DNA of 64,000 nt from Utricularia gibba (lineage: Eukaryota > Plantae > Magnoliophyta): contig CM007991.1 in the NCBI GenBank assembly GCA_002189035.1, positions 2,604,001 to 2,668,000 of the forward strand, read 5' to 3'. Positions 1 to 13,513 of the stretch are shown one piece after another. The notes beneath the pieces were generated by a model, which was not told the origin of the DNA, searched no databases, and worked only from the letters and a program-made list of their open reading frames with translations. Made by a program: the position numbers and the translations under genes. Within the stretch, counting starts at the first letter, position 1; every line of letters begins with the position of its first letter.

Positions 1-508
1 CGAATGTGTGGCGAGGGTATGCTTTACACCCTACACCCAGTCATTTGACACAGGTTCGAGAGTTAGCTCTTGTGCAACCTAAGAACAGTGCATTTTATAG
101 CTCTCGTCTAGCGGTCCATTATCTGATGATGTGTTTTCTTGAGTGGTGTCATAGCCATGGAATTGGATTATACAGAACATTGTTTAGTCTCACATCAACA
201 TTCATCTGATATATTTGCATGATGTGTTTATGTGATGGAAAATGAAAAAAAAAAAAAAAAAAAAACCTCAGCTTCCTCTCAGTATGCTACATATGCAAAC
301 AAAAATGAAAAGGGTACCCACCGAATCTTATATGTACAAGAAAAAGGATTTGACTATATAGCAACTACAACACTTGTTTTTGATCCACTAGGTTCCAACT
401 CTCACCCACTGGGGAACAGAAGAAGCTTGTGAACTTCATCAGCATGATGCAGCGGCAGCCTCTTTATTCGAATCTACAAAGAATGGCAGATAGTGATTGA
501 CATCGAGA

Positions 509-3354
509 TTATTGTGATTGATGATGTTGAAGGATGTCTTCAATCAGTTCATAGAGAACGGTTTCCTGTATCTCAAAACCGATAGCTTGAACATCTTGTT
601 GGGAGTTGATCCACTTTCCAGATGTTGCTATGTCCCTCTGAAGAATCTGATCCAGAGAGTTGTTTGCTGTCATTTGCTGAAAGAGATGCCATTCCACTTG
701 CCTCCATATCTCATTCACAAGATCCACACAAGTTGGTATTGGCAATGATGGCATGTTTGCCGTGCACCATCCAAAGTGAAGGCCACAGACACTCTTTAAA
801 GCTTCATTTGCGGAGTCGAAGAGGAGCCTTTGATCATGGCTTGCTCGTTTTGAAAACACCTCAACTTCATCATACAGAGATGAGTCTAGAATCGGTTGTG
901 ATGAGAGCCGCTTGAGATGAAAGTCATCCCAGTTCATTCCTGAACCAAGCAACACTGCCTCCACATACTCGAATGGAGATTCCTCATCCTCCAGTGATAT
1001 GGGTGTATAACTTGCTGCTCCTTCATCACTCTGCTCTTCAAAATTAATGAGCTGGGGTTCGACATCCCTAGCTGAGATCCGCAAAATGCTTCAGAAAAAA
1101 CATTCATGCTACTTTTCATGTCATAAAATCTTTGCAGATGGGGTAACCTGGCTCAGATACGATGCTTGCAGCATCATCCATGAACAAGGGCTGAAGAACA
1201 GATACAGGACTTGGCTGCTCTAGTTTGTCAATGCCATGGTCAGAATCTTCCATTTCCCTGCTTACGGCTGAGCTTGACATCGGTGAACAACACCCACCAT
1301 CTTCTTCACATGAGTCCTGCAGATACATATGGTACAGAATAGGACAGCAGAAAATGTCAATTCCAGGAGTTTGAAGCTTCCATGCGAATTACACTCAAGT
1401 CATCAAAGGAAAGGAAATCTCACTGATTTGGGGCAGGTTGAGGACTCTGAACACTGAGAGAATCCAATTTCGAAGCCAATTGCAGTGGTGCTGGCTTCTC
1501 CTATATCTGCACCTATCAAGCATCATTTTTTTAGTTTCCCCACCTCTAATATTCTAGACGTCTTGACAAGAATATCCAAAGAGTGGAGCATTTACCTTCT
1601 GAAACCATGTCTTCCTGGTAAGTGGACTGAGTGAAGTTGTTCTGGTCTTCACAGGAGATACTAGAATCCATTTCATTGATTTTTATTTTGTCAAAATCAG
1701 CATTAGCATCATTAATGGATGCCTCCCTACTCATGCTCACACTTTGACCCATTGAACTTGAATGATTCTCCTGGTCTTCTTGTGAATGCCAATTTTCAGA
1801 AATGCGATTTTGAGATAACCGTGCTCCATCACATCCTCCAGGACTGGTGCAATTGGGACTTGAGTCAACATGATCAGAAAGCATCATGCGTAAAGACTTC
1901 GGCGCCTGACTGGTCATTGGATTCGAGTTTTCATCCGCATTCACCAGCATGTCAGAGATATGCTTCTTAGCCTCGACATAGATTTTACACTTCCCTCGTC
2001 TTTGACTTCGTGAGCTGTTTTCCACGGCAATTGTGATGTTCTCCTGCAACTTGGCATCATCTTCTCCTCTTCTACCAGGGGATGATGTTATTTCCTTGCT
2101 CAATTTTTGGCTCACTTCAGCAGAGCCTAAGCCCATGTTTTCTCTCAGGCTGCGCTTCCCACCGCAATTGTGAGGTGCCATCAGTTTATCTGATGAGATT
2201 ACAGTTTCCTTCTTTCCCATCGAATGCAGCAGCTTCCTTTTCATTGCATTAAATGAGAGACTAAACAACATAGTTTTCTCATTCTTCACCTTGTTGCAAA
2301 TATGAGCAGATGGTGAAGAAATGGAACTACTCGTAGCATCAGTTCCTGAGTCAGCTGGTTCCACATTCAAAACGGCAAGAGAAGAATGAGAACTACCTTC
2401 ATGAAAGAAGCTCTCAAGAGATTTGCTCCTTGCATGCACAACATCATTTTGCTTAAGGTAGCCATTACCTTTCGTGCTTTCTGATCTATATTTGGATTTA
2501 GATTCCTGTAGTAGTTCCTGAAACAAACCATAATTTGCAGTGAATATTCTCACACCATCCATCAAGTCTTCACAGCAGCAAGGTCCAGGATTTTCTTCCT
2601 CCTCCTTGGAATGCACAATGCTGCTTAGTTTCTGCCCCACAAGGTGTTTTACAGCTGCCACAAGCTCTCTATCAGTTTCATTGGCAGCTTGAGCAGATAA
2701 CGCATCAAGAACACCAACAATGTCATTTTTCAAAACGCATTCACTCTTATTAATCTGCTCCTCAATCGCCTCGGAGATGATTTTATCCCAAGTTTTTGGC
2801 TCGGCTGCCTGGTCAAACAAATCTAAAGTCGGTTGCACACCCAATGCTGTCTGTGTGCTTGCGCCTTCTTGGCAGAGGTTCATCGTAGCTCGCTCTTTAA
2901 GCATGTCTTCTTCCATAAGTTCCTTCACGCTTGTTTTAGAAAATTCACTCATTGCCATCGCAGATTCCTGAGTACAATCAAATACAACATTGATTTGAGC
3001 CAAAAAAAAAAAAAAAAAACAAGCATCATCGTAAGATTGCTAGCTACCTCTGTGCCTCCAGAACTTGCACCATGACCTGCGCTAACTCTTCCGTTACCTG
3101 CAGCGTAAGGTCATGATAAATGGCTGTATCTTATTTACACACACGGTTGTTACGCATGTATCTCTCTCAATCAACTTACATGAAATCTCCGAGATCGATG
3201 ATCGTCCATCCGAAATCAATCGTCTGGTGGATCGACCAAGCCGAAAGTCAAACATATTAATGAAGCCAGACACGCAACCATTCTGCAACCTTCCATGACT
3301 TGGAGGGCGTTTCCATGACTTCTTATCTACGTAGCCCATTTTAGGATGTTTCAT
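509..3354 (-). CDS. TON1-recruiting motif (TRM)/LONGIFOLIA-like protein, DUF3741 + C-terminal DUF4378, about 6 exons
   Basis: N-terminal GCVSGFINMFDF, KTSVKELMEEDM, EQPSPVSVL (M2-like) and a C-terminal DUF4378-like exon (509-1072). GT-AG introns join the ORF pieces; the A18 run at 3002-3019 is an intronic polypyrimidine tract on the minus strand. Confidence 0.85.
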
Positions 3355-5286
3355 TCTGACTTCTTAACTTCCAGCTTCTGCAAATCAACACACAGCAAGA
3401 ATGCTCTTAGAGTCAAACGACTCCCACAGATGGCAACTAGTGGAAAAGCGAAAACGAATGGTGAAATGTAAACACATGAAATTTGAAAAAAGACAGAAAA
3501 GATTGAGCGAACAAGCAGAAAAACAAACGCCAGAATCTTGATCCCATATGCAGCAGAATATGCTTCATCAGAGTTTCAAGTAAAATACAGTGGAAGCCAA
3601 ATCCATAGGGAACTGTACTAGTTTATCACCATATCTTCTCTCGAAAAGAAAGCTTCGAACAACTTAAAATGAGATGTGCCAAAATGTGGTTGTTTTTGCT
3701 TTTTAAAAGATGGAGAACCCCAAGAGCTGAACAAAAGAAAAACTGAGAGTACAAAAATGGTATCTGTAAAAGTGAAAACTTTACAGCTCAGAGAGGAAGG
3801 GCATCCAATTGCAAACCAACCCTACAAAAATCAAATGCTTTAGCGAAGCCAGAGAGCTAAATTACTCCAAACCAGTTAATAGAAACCAGAAAAAGAAGTG
3901 AAATGTGGGGGCAGCCATTAAAGGAGAGCAAAGCAAGCAGAAAGAAAAGAGAAAGAAGGGAAAGATAAACAGTAGTAGGTGTTATTGCTTGTTGATGCAG
4001 AGAAAGAGGGAGAGAGAACAAGAAGAGAAACACGATGGCAACTTCCTACCAGAAGCTCAGCTGCTGTCCTCATGAACATCCATGACAAAAAGGCCAAAGC
4101 ACAGACACATTTTTGAATTATACGGGTGGCTCTGTCCTTCATTTTTTAACCATTTTTTTGTTTTACCATAAGAAAATGAAAAGAAAGAGAAGCAAAAAGC
4201 GGTGTCAGCTGTGCCTCCCCTGTCCATTTGCCTGCACAGATATAAATACTATGAAACCCCATTTTGACTTTTCCCTTTCACTCCCCACTTCATTCTTTCT
4301 TTTTTTTACTTCTCTTGGGATAGGAACTCCCGGACACTTTACAGTAAACAAATCTACTGTTGTTGGGTTTAGAACCAAAAAGAAGGGATGTAAAATGTCG
4401 TTTTTGGTGAATCATCATAGATTTTGCGTGCTCTTTTTACCTCAAATCATGCCCTTTTCTACTAATTTCCAAAAAAAAAAAAAGAAAACCCGATTCATAG
4501 AATGAGTAGTTATAAATGGGCAGATGAAAATGGAATGGAACCATGAAAATTAACGTTAAAAATAGGCATTCAATGAAATAAGTGTACCGTTGGATTAAAA
4601 TATTCATTTGAATAAGCATTTTTGCTTATCATTATTCATGTCCGCGTTTAAAGACCACCGTTTTCTACAAAACTTCTTCATAGATATAATATTTTAAGGT
4701 ACATATGTGATAGTACGGTACACTCCAACCACATTATTGTTTTTATTATCATACAAGGAAATGTAGTCATCAATGACATGATTAACTAGTTTGGTGGTCT
4801 CGCCTCACACGAATGTGTGCGCTTCCAGATCTCATTCATTTTTTATTTTTTTATCTTGCAGAATTGCAAACCCATTACTATTCATCCAATTATGTGATCA
4901 CGTGGGCTTCCAACTACCATCCAAAATAGAGAGATTTCTTACCCCGGATTTATTGATTGCAGCTTATCTTATCCCCCCACGCTCCTCCAACCCCAACTTT
5001 CGTTACTGTCCAAGAGCCACACTTTCGTATGCATAATTAAATGGAGCTTGGATGGATTTATGACGCACACTACCCACATGCCCGTACACAACCGCATCGT
5101 AATTGGATTATTTATTGATGGCATTCACTTTTATTTATTTATCCTCGGGGAGGAAAAAATGCATGCGTACCTTTGCTGCTAACGTTCCAGACGCCATCTC
5201 AGGCTAATCCCTGCGATCAAATTGGTAACTGGTTTGGCTTGGAATCTGAGTGAGTAAGCAACAGAAAAAGGGGCGGATGAACCTTT

Positions 5287-7966
5287 TTAGTTAATAACGA
5301 TCGTGCCATAATATTTTCGCTTTCTTCTCCGTGCTTTCCGCAGTATTCTGGCGGTCTCTTCTTCAGCTTCCACCGTGGAATAGTGAATTGTTTCTAACCA
5401 AAACAATATCCGTACTTAGTGTCCTAACTCCAACTTCAGGTATATCACAAGGAGGCATGCCAAGGAAAGTCGATGATGCATAAGGGTACTCTCTTATGTT
5501 ACTGCAGCATAAAGGACTAAAGTTAGTTAAAAATGATGTTGCCATTTCGTACCTGTTTCATTTTCCTGAAGCAAGCAGGAAAAACCGCAATCAATATCCT
5601 CATCTGAATCAATGACAATTCTCTGTTCCTGCTTATGAAATATGAAAGGTATGGATGGTACAAGCATAAGTGCGTCACCAAACTCCAGCGCGAAGGTTCA
5701 GGATTTTTCGGGGTCCATCCTCAATATAGGAACATAGAAAACGCATATAAGCATTAAAAGAACAAGAGAAAGTGAAGCTACCACTTGATTCCTGGAAGTT
5801 CTTAGTGAACTGCTTTCATCGTGGGTGCTCCTAAGGTTTAAGGTACCCCTCTTTTTAACGGTTCTCCAACCATCCGCATCATTCTTAAGTATTTGAAAGG
5901 TTTGTTTCCCTGGAATGCGTCTCGAAAGGCTAGGAATCGGGCAGAAAAATGATCTCCATAAGTAAGAACAAAGCAACTAAAAAAGTAGCTATATTAATCA
6001 CTAAAGAAGAGCAGGACAAAAATGAACTAGAAATACGACTAACTCTAAGGATATAGTTTAATGTAGCATATAGTACCAGGGAGTGGAACCCGTAGTTGCA
6101 TATTTCGCATTTGGAAGTTCTTGAGGGGATGTGCGGCCAGAAGCCTGAATACAAGCACAGTAGGATGGTCAACAGTCAAGATGCCAAGAGAAACTTTGTC
6201 ACCCATGATTGCAGAGAACGAGAACCTCTGGGATGGGCGTAGAGAAAGTTTCGTGCTTTTGCAGGGGCACCTTTATGCTGCAACAGACCGCCTACATGAT
6301 TTATTATGAAATTAGAAAATATAAAAATCTTGAATAGACGAAGATTATACCAACTTGCCTGTATTTCTCTTTGAAAATTTTTCATGAGTTCATCTTGGAA
6401 CCTAGACATTTGATCATCAAGTTTTTCCGATAATACTGATAGCAAAGAAATGATCTCTGCAAAGTGTTCCGAGTTCATCATTTGCTTAAAATGATCAAAC
6501 AACAGCTTCGATTCTTTATCCAACCGAATTTTGATCTCATCATGTCCCTTCAACTGATTTACCCCAACAAAGAACTGAAAAGATTAATCAAGGAAGCATT
6601 GAAATGAAAGGACTTATGAGTGAGGAGTTACCAACGACTGAAGTGAGTCATCATACACCATCAATTTCTGCCGCACGCCTTCAGCTGACACAAAAATCGA
6701 AAATAGATCATTTGCGATGCGTTGATTTGCCTAAGTATAACTGTTAAGGCTGCCCATCTGGACAGGCCATTTACTCACTCTCCAGAGACATTTCTTTTGT
6801 TCTCCTGCACACTTGTATGACATCATTTTGTACAGCGTCCAGAATGATACCAAGCCTGCTAACTGTGGTCTCCATCAGTCCAATTTTGTGCTCAAGCTCT
6901 TCACTGACCAGACCTGTGTATTTGAAATCATTAGTATGGAGCAACAAGAGGAGAGTTGATATCATATCCATAATATCAAGATTCTTGTGATTAGAAACAT
7001 GCAGAATAGAACATTCAAGGTGTCACTTCTGAGCAGGTCAAGACGGACATGAAGCAATGCAATATAACGGACAGATCCAAGGGATTGTTTATCAGTTCGA
7101 AGGCTTACATTTGCTGTCTTGAGAGGACCACTTGCGAATCAAATTGTTGTTAGTTCTGGACACTATTATCTGACTTTCTTCTCTAGTGCAATTGATCGGA
7201 GGCAAGCAAGGTGTCCTCCTCATCGAATGATCTCTATCTTGAGATCCATTTCGCTACAAATTGAGATACTCACGTCCTCAATCACTTCGATGTTTTCAAT
7301 TTACATGCATACTACGTAAGTTTCAAATATACAAAAACAATCACCGAAATCATCTTCAATGAATTTCAATTCCACGCAGAGCATCGCATAGAAGAACAAG
7401 AAAACGATGTAAGTATTTGAAACATACAGATGAGTGCAAGAATCACATATATTATCACCTCGTTCGTGAGAATCTCATCTTGAGAGTTTTGTGAAAATTG
7501 AGAGAGAAGACCATGCTGGGAGGAAACTCCCTGCGAAAATGTCTGCTGTGAATGCTGCGGCTGCTGGTAATGGCCCTGTGACATTATCTGGCCTCCGCTA
7601 AACACCGATGAAGTTTCTAATCCACTGGTAACGGAACTAGACCTCCTTACAAAAGCAATAGCAAACGAATGTAACAAATCAGTATCATACCAACGCACAT
7701 CGCACAAATTCCTAATCACATCTAGAAATCTGTTCACAAAGAGATTTGGAGGTCAAAACGAATGTGGAAATACATACAATACCGTAATTCCAAACAATCG
7801 AAGCCTAATGTAAACTGGCATCATCATATCGCAGCACAGAAGAATTGCAGAATACAGAAATGCGAATGAAAAGAAGACGCAACGAGGAATATCTGATCCA
7901 CCTAGTTGCCGGAGGTAAAACGGATATGGAGCTAAGATCGCAGGCCTTGTTGAATTTCAGCTTCAT
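5287..7966 (-). CDS. PRD3: Meiotic recombination initiation protein PRD3/PAIR1, about 11 exons
   Basis: Starts MKLKFNKACDLSSISVLPP, contains SEELEHKIGLMETTVSRLGIILDAVQNDVIQ and IDSDEDIDCGFSCL, and ends EEETARILRKARRRKRKYYGTIVIN*. All match PRD3 as I recall it. The intron at 6358-6292 has a GC donor. Confidence 0.9.
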
Positions 7967-8484
7967 TTTCCGTTGAACAATGGGAGCTTTCCCGAAACAG
8001 CAAAACCCGAGGGATTCTGCGTAAACCGCCTTCAAAAGCTGGCGCCAAGGGTTATTATCGGAAACCAACACTCCAATTCAAAACCCGTGGCCCAATAACT
8101 TAATGGACCTTGTACCATGCGCATCATGGAGTACACTTGTGTACATTTCAATTTAAGCCGAGATTTATAAAATTGGTATTCAATTTTCTTACCTATATAT
8201 CATAAATGACCAAACTTTTAGTCATCTAAATCACTTATAAAATTAGCAAGCAATGTTATCATTAAACATTTAATAACACAAGATAAGGATAATAAGCTTG
8301 TAACTATCGCAGAAAGAAAAGAATCAATACAATAACAAAAACGAAAAAAACTGTTTCAAGGCGTTCCGTCTTTTCACCTTCTTCAGCGCGTACCACATTC
8401 TCTCTTCGGCTCTGCGGTTGGTGTTGGACCCGACGCCTTCGAAGCAATAATTGAGGAGCATATTTCCACTTCTACCCTTCTCCT

Positions 8485-10053
8485 CTACTTGTTCATCACA
8501 CTTTCCAGGATCGGCTTCAGATCCCTCGGAGCAACATGGACTTTCAGCCCATACTTCATGAACAGAGTCAACGACATCCTCTGCTCCACCTTGTGCCCCG
8601 GAACCACCGTCAGCCGGTGACGGAGCAGTAACGCCGCTGCTATAGACTTCATCTGTAGATATGCCAAGTCCTTCCCAAGACATATCCGCGGGCCGGCATT
8701 GAACGCCACGAATTTGAAGGGATCGTGGGCTATGAACTTATCCTCCTCAGGGCTCAACCATCTCTCCGGCCGAAATTCCAGGCAGTCTTCGCCCCATGTG
8801 CTCTTCATCCTCCCCGCGGAGTAAATTGAGTACGTAATCGAGGATCCCGCCGGAACGAATGTCCCGTCCGGCAAAACGTCGTTCGCAACGACGTGCTTCG
8901 AGTCCTCCGGCACTGACGGGTACAGCCTCAGAGTCTCCGATAGGGCGGCTTTCAGGTACACCAATCGATCGACTTCCTCGAATCCCAGTGGTTGCTCAAC
9001 CCACGATTTCACATCGCCGCCGCGTGTGTCGATAAGGACGGTGCAGATTTCGCGGAGTATCCGCTCCTCCACCCTCGGATTCTGCATCACAAGCCAGAAG
9101 AACCAGCACATAGCCACTGACGAGGTGTCGCGGCCGGCGAGGATGAAATTGAGAGCTACGTACTGCAGGAACTGGTCGGAGAATGACTCCTTCTTCTTCA
9201 TGAATCTGGAGAGGAGATCGTCGTGCGTATCTGTGGCGCCCTTTGTCTGATTCATCAACTCCAGCCTACGTGCACCAATCACATTGGATAAATACTCTTC
9301 CACTTGGACCAAGCTCCGGCTCATGGCGACTTCCATCCCGAGCCGGAGCCATTTCTTCAGCTTCCAGATCACCTCCGGGAAGATGAATCGCTGCAGAGAA
9401 GCCTCGGTGGCTCGGTCAAACGCCGAAGCAAAGACATTCTCCGGCAGCCCCGGGGCTAGGGTTTGCGGGTCCTTACCAAAGGTGAGGCCGCAGATGTTAT
9501 CAAATGTCAGCCGGAGCAGCAGATCCTGCAAATCCACGGATCTACCTTCCGCCTGAGCCGCCTCCAGAATAGGGCAAAAGCGCTCCTCGATAGCCCGATT
9601 CACCCACCGCGCCATAGCCTGGCGCAGAGTCCTCGTCGTGAACTCAAGTGCCGCTGTCTTCCTCTGGAACAACCAGGTTTCCCCGTCGGAATTGAAAATC
9701 CCCTCACCAAGAAGGTCATGGAAAACAGACTGCCAAGTCGGCCCCTTGGGATAGTTTTCGAACCTCACCTTCAGAATGTGCTCCAAGTTCTTGGGATCGC
9801 TGGTAACCGTCACGAGCCCCTGTTTTCGTGCCAAGAATGGCACGGCGCAAATGCATGTCTGGTATGTTCCGCCGCAAGCTCGGAGGTTATCAGTGATCCA
9901 GTCATGGAGGCGATCTGCGTTTTCAATCAGACCAGGGAGACTCCCAAGCAGAGGCCACACTCGGGGGCCTCTGAGAGACTTGGAAATGAAGGTGAACCAA
10001 AGTAGATAACAAGTAACAGCAGTGAACAGCAAGAGCGCAAAGGATAAATCCAT
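8485..10053 (-). CDS. CYP86A: Cytochrome P450 CYP86A fatty-acid omega-hydroxylase (cutin), intronless, 522 aa
   Basis: Single ORF from ATG 10053 (MDLSFALL). Contains AGRDTSS (I-helix), ETLRLYP (ExxR), PERW and the [10 protein letters not shown] heme motif. Confidence 0.95.
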   Translation of the reverse strand: MDLSFALLLFTAVTCYLLWFTFISKSLRGPRVWPLLGSLPGLIENADRLHDWITDNLRACGGTYQTCICAVPFLARKQGLVTVTSDPKNLEHILKVRFENYPKGPTWQSVFHDLLGEGIFNSDGETWLFQRKTAALEFTTRTLRQAMARWVNRAIEERFCPILEAAQAEGRSVDLQDLLLRLTFDNICGLTFGKDPQTLAPGLPENVFASAFDRATEASLQRFIFPEVIWKLKKWLRLGMEVAMSRSLVQVEEYLSNVIGARRLELMNQTKGATDTHDDLLSRFMKKKESFSDQFLQYVALNFILAGRDTSSVAMCWFFWLVMQNPRVEERILREICTVLIDTRGGDVKSWVEQPLGFEEVDRLVYLKAALSETLRLYPSVPEDSKHVVANDVLPDGTFVPAGSSITYSIYSAGRMKSTWGEDCLEFRPERWLSPEEDKFIAHDPFKFVAFNAGPRICLGKDLAYLQMKSIAAALLLRHRLTVVPGHKVEQRMSLTLFMKYGLKVHVAPRDLKPILESVMNK

Positions 10054-11135
10054 GTAACCACCAACAGAGGGAAAAAGACTCAAGCTCGGAACATTCAACC
10101 GGAATGGGGAGGGGATTTAAAGGTTCCGAGGTGAAAATGCTCAGACAAGCAGAAGAAGATGAGGAAGGGCGGTAGAAGAGAAAGCTGGGCTTGTAGGAGA
10201 ATAGGAACGGTGAAAGGTTTAAGTAGAGCTGAGGCCAGATTCGTAATGAATGCACCCACAGGGATGAAAGCTGACATAAATACAAAGAGGAGGTAGTTGA
10301 AAGATTAAAGAAGGCGGTATACAGCAAATATGTGTAGTGGAATCCCGGAAAAGGCCAGTGAAATGTGAAAGAGGGGTGCTTTTTTCTCACATCAAAGCTC
10401 GAACCCCTCTCAAGCAACAAAGGAAAGGGAGAGTTACATACTGCTGTCCCTGAATACACCTATCTCCAGAAGAGAGATGGGGGACGTGGGCAGCATTGAA
10501 TGGGTTAGAAGAAATAAATGTGATTAGTTGAGACAGCGCACCGGTGAAGATACAAGAACTACAGCAGCAGCGCGGGGTGCAATGATTCTCAACTAAGGGC
10601 TGACCTTTTTTAAATGCACCAACATGAGGACTGGGGATGTATATCCTGCCTACTGGTAAATGCTTAGGTGAACAACCCAACAACGAAATTTATGGTCAGT
10701 TCATTGCGTGAAGCTGAACGAAAACAAAACAATCTTCATCTACCTTGCCTTGTTTTCAAGGAGTGGGTTGACCTCTCCATCTGACACTCACTGTCGAATG
10801 AGCAGAATTCAAGTCAAACTTCAGTCTGTCAGATAAGTGTGTAAGAAGTCAAACCTAGAAAAAACGCATCGGTGTGTTTTGGGAATTGGTAACTGCTCTC
10901 GCGTCGATAATCGAGCAAGGGAAAGACAAGGAATCAAAAGGATCATGGAATTTTTGAGTAGTTACATGCATTTAATGTGCCAAATGAGCAGTTGACGGAG
11001 TCAGCCCCATTTTCTTGAATGTGTATATACAGAATTACACGTGTCTACTTTGCATACCCAAGTGATGAGAGATGAACGATATCAAAAAATCGAACCTTGA
11101 GAAACTATGTGATTGCAATGTCGAACCCTTCTTTA

Positions 11136-13003
11136 CTAACTTCTGTATAAGTACTTGGATAAGGGGAAGTCGAGACTCCTTGCTACCTGTAGAAACAGCA
11201 TCTCTTACTATCAAAGAGTGCATGAAAACAGTCTATACCACTGCAAGAATTTCGATACCTTCAGAGCCATATCTTCGGAAATGGCAGATCGATATCGTGT
11301 TGACCCTTCGAGAGGGCAGCTTCCTCCTTTTGAAATGAAGTTTGCACTACATAGACTGGATAGTTGTAAGAAAATGTTCGGCATGGAGGCATTATTACAG
11401 CTCTCGGCTTCCATGCTGTCAGAATTGCCATATTCTGGGGCATAATCACCAACAGATGCTATGCACTGATAGATGGCCAACAACCTCTCAAGTGGGAATG
11501 TTCCTGGTCCTTTCATTAGCAATTCTAGTTCTTTGGTTTCTTTCTTTTCCATTGACTTCTCAGAGACCCTGAAAAGGCATGAAATAAATTTAGTTTTCAA
11601 CTTACATTGGCATATCTTCCAATATTCGTGCTTCTTGATCGCTTACTTTCTCTTTCTTTTCCGGTTATCCAGTCCACCAGTTGAGTCAAAGAGTGAGGCA
11701 TCAAGTGTTGCCGGATTCCTTGATGCAAGAAATGCAGAAATAAGTAGATATCTAGCAGAGGTAGACATATGAAACCCGATCTCTTCAGAAGCCGCCTTTG
11801 CAGCAGTCTTCTTCTTCATGGTCTCATTTTTCATACCAGGTGCATCGTTTGGAAGATGTTGAGATGAAGAGAAAAATGTCGTTTGCAGGTACATGGTGAT
11901 ATATGGCTGAATATGACTGAATAACTTCCTCTTGACTTCTTCATTCAAAGCAGTTCCCAAATCATCAAGAGGTTCACAGTACTTCTTAAATAGCGGCGTA
12001 AACACAGCAGATAATTCATCAACTCGTCTTGTGATTCGATAGAAAGGTGGCAATACCAAGCTGTTGAACAGAAAAAGAAAAAAGGAAAGATGGAAAGTCA
12101 TTCTTGATGGCACAAACGTTCGCAATTGACATAAGTGATGCAGTATACTTACTCCAGAAAAGCCTGATAGAGCTTGGATTTAGCTCTGTCTCTCATGAAA
12201 ATAGAGCGCAAATCTCCCTCATTGTAGTCCGGAAAATACACTTGGAGCGGCTCCACATAGCCGGTATCAGATTTAAACGTAATGAGGGATGCTCTACTGA
12301 TAAAGATCAGCCCCACCTCAGGCATGCTCAAAATCTGAGGCAAGTTAAAAAAAAACGGTACCATGGAAGAACTCATATCCCATTCCCTGGCAACTTCAAC
12401 GTTATCAAAAATCAAGTAAATCATCTTTCCATTCACCGTTGAAGTGTCTGGCTTCATTGACCCACTCTTCTCCACATTCCCTTTCAAAGTATTCACCAAG
12501 TTACTCAAAGCCTCACGCAGCAAATTAGCAAAGTCAGAGGGCCTTTCACATCGCTTTGCGCTTGCATAACGACTACTTTCACATGCCCTATGAAGCAAAA
12601 GCTGATTCAGTACGGACTCAAAGAGTATCCTAGGAGAGTAGCAAGTGATCAAACTACAATAGACGAAGGGGCGCTTTAAGTATCTAAATATCTGGAGCAT
12701 AACGCTTGTCTTCCCAGTTGAAGCCCCTCCATATACGAACAGTGGCATCATAGGAGAATCCAAGGGACCCAGAAGATTGATCAATTCCATAATCTGAGAC
12801 CGCCTTCCTGGAAAAGAAGCTATCAACCCATCCAGGCTCAGGGGCTCTCCATGGAACACAAGATCTTCTATAGACAATGCTTGTAGCTTCGAAGCCTTAG
12901 TCGTCGTCGTCGGCGGCGGCGGCGGCGGCTTCTGATCCGGAGATCCACAAGGGGACAACCTCGCGGATCTTCGGCTACTTTTTGGGGTCCCTTCATCGCA
13001 CAT
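11136..13003 (-). CDS. ORC5: Origin recognition complex subunit 5, 4 exons
   Basis: FPGRRSQI, Walker A GGASTGKT, YFPDY, SARYLLISAFLASRNPATLDASLFDSTGG, FPLERLLAIYQCI; ends VARSLDFPLSKYLYRS*. Confidence 0.93.
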
Positions 13004-13228
13004 TTCTCCCGGAAAAGCAACCAAACAAAGCTTGTTGTTGGTGATCGAACAAATAATCGAAAACCAGAAGAGGATTCTAGGGTTTACTGGTTTCCCGCCA
13101 AATACTGGCCTGAGCGAGAGGGTGACTTGATTTTTCTTTCTTCCTCGCCTTCCCCGCGCCAAGCAACAAATACCCATTTAAAGAAAGCAATTTTCATTCT
13201 TTAATTTTGAAAATATTAATTTCCTATA

Positions 13229-13268
13229 AGCCCAACCTAAGGCTACTGGGCTTCAAGGGCCCGGCCCA
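13229..13268. promoter_or_regulatory. Site II (TGGGCY) element cluster upstream of ORC5
   Basis: AGCCCA at 13229, TGGGCT at 13247 and GGCCCA at 13263, which is typical of proliferation/housekeeping promoters. Confidence 0.55.
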
Positions 13269-13513
13269 AGAAAGCTCCCACAAGCCATGCGAGGAAAGAA
13301 GGATCTTCTCTAGAAAGCAATTTTCTGGAACAAACTGAATGCAAACACGAAGGTCCATTCATGGAGGAGAATCTGAATCCATCCAAGGGAACAGTTTGCA
13401 GTTAGCAGGCATCAAAACACACGCACAAACATGTACATACACTTGGGGAGGTCATGATTATTAATAATGTACATGAACCAGACCGGCTGGCAGCTGGAAT
13501 GGAGCTTCATCGG

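Noticed and set aside
3002-3019. A18 run apparently interrupting the TRM reading frame
   Set aside because: It is the T-tract of a GT-AG intron (about 3047-2967) on the minus strand; splicing restores the frame.
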